Assembly (NCBI GenBank): GCA_037445145.1
Contig: JBBILB010000002.1
Coordinates: 15,137 to 79,136 of the forward strand
DNA: 64,000 bases
Reading direction: 5' to 3'
DNA from: Candidatus Woesearchaeota archaeon
GTDB lineage: Archaea > Nanobdellota > Nanobdellia > Woesearchaeales > ARS49
The position numbers and the translations under genes were made by a program. Positions 62,604-64,000 of the stretch are shown piece by piece. Below the pieces are notes generated by a model. It was not told where the DNA came from, searched no databases, and worked only from the letters and a program-made list of their open reading frames with translations. The stretch's first letter is position 1, and each line of letters starts with the position of its first letter.

Positions 62604-63017
62604 TTACTGGAACAGATTGTTCTTCTCGCGCTCCCTGCGCCTCTCCTTGTAATAATGCGAGTTAAAGTATTCGCACATTGACCTGAGTTTTGCGCGCAAC
62701 GGCTCAGGCACATTGACAAACTCTATTCCTGCATAAATCAGTCCGTCTTTCCTGCTCTCAAAGCACCTGCGCACAATTCCGCCAAGGGAAATCTCCTCAT
62801 CATAGCGAGGGATTACAATGGTCATCCTGATGTTTTTGCCCCACTTGACGCGCTCAGGAATCTGCATCAACAGCCCGCCTTCAGAAAGGTCAACAACAGG
62901 ATACTCCCTCTTTTGCCCAAACAAAGGCAGCCCCATCCTGTAAGAAACATACGCGTTTTCAGGAATGCACCGCTCAAACCGCCTCTTCTCACCACGCACA
63001 CGGGTATCAATAGTCAT
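62604..63017 (-). CDS. PilZ-domain protein
   Basis: RRFER (RxxxR) followed 27 residues later by DLSEGG ([D/N]xSxxG), 137 aa. Confidence 0.7.
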   Translation of the reverse strand: MTIDTRVRGEKRRFERCIPENAYVSYRMGLPLFGQKREYPVVDLSEGGLLMQIPERVKWGKNIRMTIVIPRYDEEISLGGIVRRCFESRKDGLIYAGIEFVNVPEPLRAKLRSMCEYFNSHYYKERRREREKNNLFQ

Positions 63018-63056
63018 ATGCGCAGAAAAAATAAAGGAATTATAAAAAGTTTCGTT

Positions 63057-64000
63057 TCAGAACAACTCATTGCACAATTCAATGAACATTGCAGAACTCC
63101 ACGCCTGTGAGATGCATCCGTGGCTTGACAATGCCCTTGCCGAGCTCAGTTCTGCGTGATGCCCGACTGCGCCGAGCTCAAGGATTTCGTGAGAGCTTGC
63201 CTCAATAATCTGCTCAATGTATTTCTTGTACTTTGCCGCGTTTGAGCGGTAAAGCACGAGCGCTGCAAGATTGTTGAGCCAGAACCAGCTGTCCCCCCTG
63301 TGATAGCTTACGTTGTCCTGACCAGTGTAATGGTCAGTAAATAATTCGTGGGAAGTATCAATGCTTGAAAGCCCGCCCCAAGGAAGCCAAAGCCGTGGCA
63401 AAACAGTATCAAAGCACTTCTCCCACTCAGCCCTTGACAATAATTCAGGATACGCATAAGCCGCAATGAAAACATTCGGCCTTATTGTTGGGTCATTAAG
63501 CCCGTCATAAAGCAAGCGTCCATCCCAGAAAGTTTCGCGCACGCGCTGGACAAGGTCTTTCTCAAATTCCTTTTCGCCAAGCACGCGCGCAAGCACAAGC
63601 ACCAAAGCCTGAATCTCAATCCTTGCACCCTCGCGCGTGTCCTTGTCATCAACAGAAGTGTCCATCCACGTCTCAAGGGGACCATTGTGAACAAGCCCGT
63701 TCTGCATTCTCGCCTTCAGCACATTGAAAACGCTGCGCAACTTTTTTTCTGCCATTGCCTGCTCCTTTTTTGAGAACAAGCCAGCGTTCTGCTGGTAACG
63801 CAGTGCAAGCCAGCCAGGACCATCAATCGTGTCAAGACCATAACCGGAGAATGCGCTCGGCAGGCGCCTGCCTGTCAGGGAGCCAATATGCCTCTTCAGG
63901 ATGTTTTTGGCAAGCTTGTCCCTCCCAATAATCCTTAATGCATTGCAGCTCACGGCCTCATCACGAATCCAAAACTGGTAAAACCAGGGAATGCCGGCAT
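63057..64000 (-). CDS. Glycogen-debranching-enzyme-like (amylo-alpha-1,6-glucosidase, GDE_C) protein, N-terminus outside the window
   Basis: The frame stays open upstream of the listed GTG to the window edge (...PGFYQFWIRDEAVSCNAL...). HRGDSWFWLNNLAALVLY and SQAWSSAMF are typical of the (alpha/alpha)6 GDE fold. Confidence 0.65.
   Translation of the reverse strand, partial: AGIPWFYQFWIRDEAVSCNALRIIGRDKLAKNILKRHIGSLTGRRLPSAFSGYGLDTIDGPGWLALRYQQNAGLFSKKEQAMAEKKLRSVFNVLKARMQNGLVHNGPLETWMDTSVDDKDTREGARIEIQALVLVLARVLGEKEFEKDLVQRVRETFWDGRLLYDGLNDPTIRPNVFIAAYAYPELLSRAEWEKCFDTVLPRLWLPWGGLSSIDTSHELFTDHYTGQDNVSYHRGDSWFWLNNLAALVLYRSNAAKYKKYIEQIIEASSHEILELGAVGHHAELSSARALSSHGCISQAWSSAMFIELCNELF

Noticed and set aside
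1-64000. CRISPR array, rRNA genes, or transposase/integrase genes
   Set aside because: I saw no regularly spaced direct repeats anywhere in the intergenic regions, no rRNA-like stretch, and no ORF with DDE, serine or tyrosine recombinase motifs.

Overview
The window is a gene-dense archaeal chromosomal segment. The archaeal assignment rests on several features. There is an rpl7ae-rps28e-rpl24e-ndk-aEF2 block and an aEF1alpha-rps10 block. There are 8 tRNA genes, 3 of them with introns after position 37, and TTTAWATA-type TATA boxes about 25-30 nt upstream of tRNAs and genes. A class-III-signal pilin sits near an A24 prepilin peptidase. The small-genome metabolic set resembles DPANN-type archaea; this lineage call is inference only. 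That set comprises a split transketolase, RpiB, Rpe, class II aldolase and PfkB operon, a glycogen synthase, GH57 and debranching enzyme, and many secreted or anchored proteins. Several typically bacterial parts are interspersed: Lgt with textbook lipobox proteins, a PilZ domain, RskA-like ectodomains and SIMPL.

Main second-look items:
1. A 533-bp non-coding element upstream of rpl7ae has 15-bp perfect terminal inverted repeats, flanking ATTCTA direct repeats and a hairpin-rich interior. It is either MITE-like or a large structured RNA.
2. A giant 1,888-aa surface ORF has a TAA stop followed in phase by a start-less 108-codon Cys-rich open frame.
3. A roughly 75-aa domain I cannot name (F.L..G...L.eLa..L..M....F.HHVN...NDF.NW) occurs four times in 7.4 kb. 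Three copies are free-standing genes after the glycogen genes and one is fused to the transketolase C-terminal subunit.
4. An Lgt/lipobox neighbourhood.
5. A minus-strand block with PilZ, a membrane-tethered wHTH and envelope proteins.
6. Oddities around tRNA genes: a duplicated 5' segment, conserved structured trailers, an atypical T-loop, and a tRNA abutting a start codon.
7. Three ORFs broken exactly at homopolymers, which argues for indel errors in the assembly rather than biology.

No CRISPR array, rRNA or transposase gene was seen.
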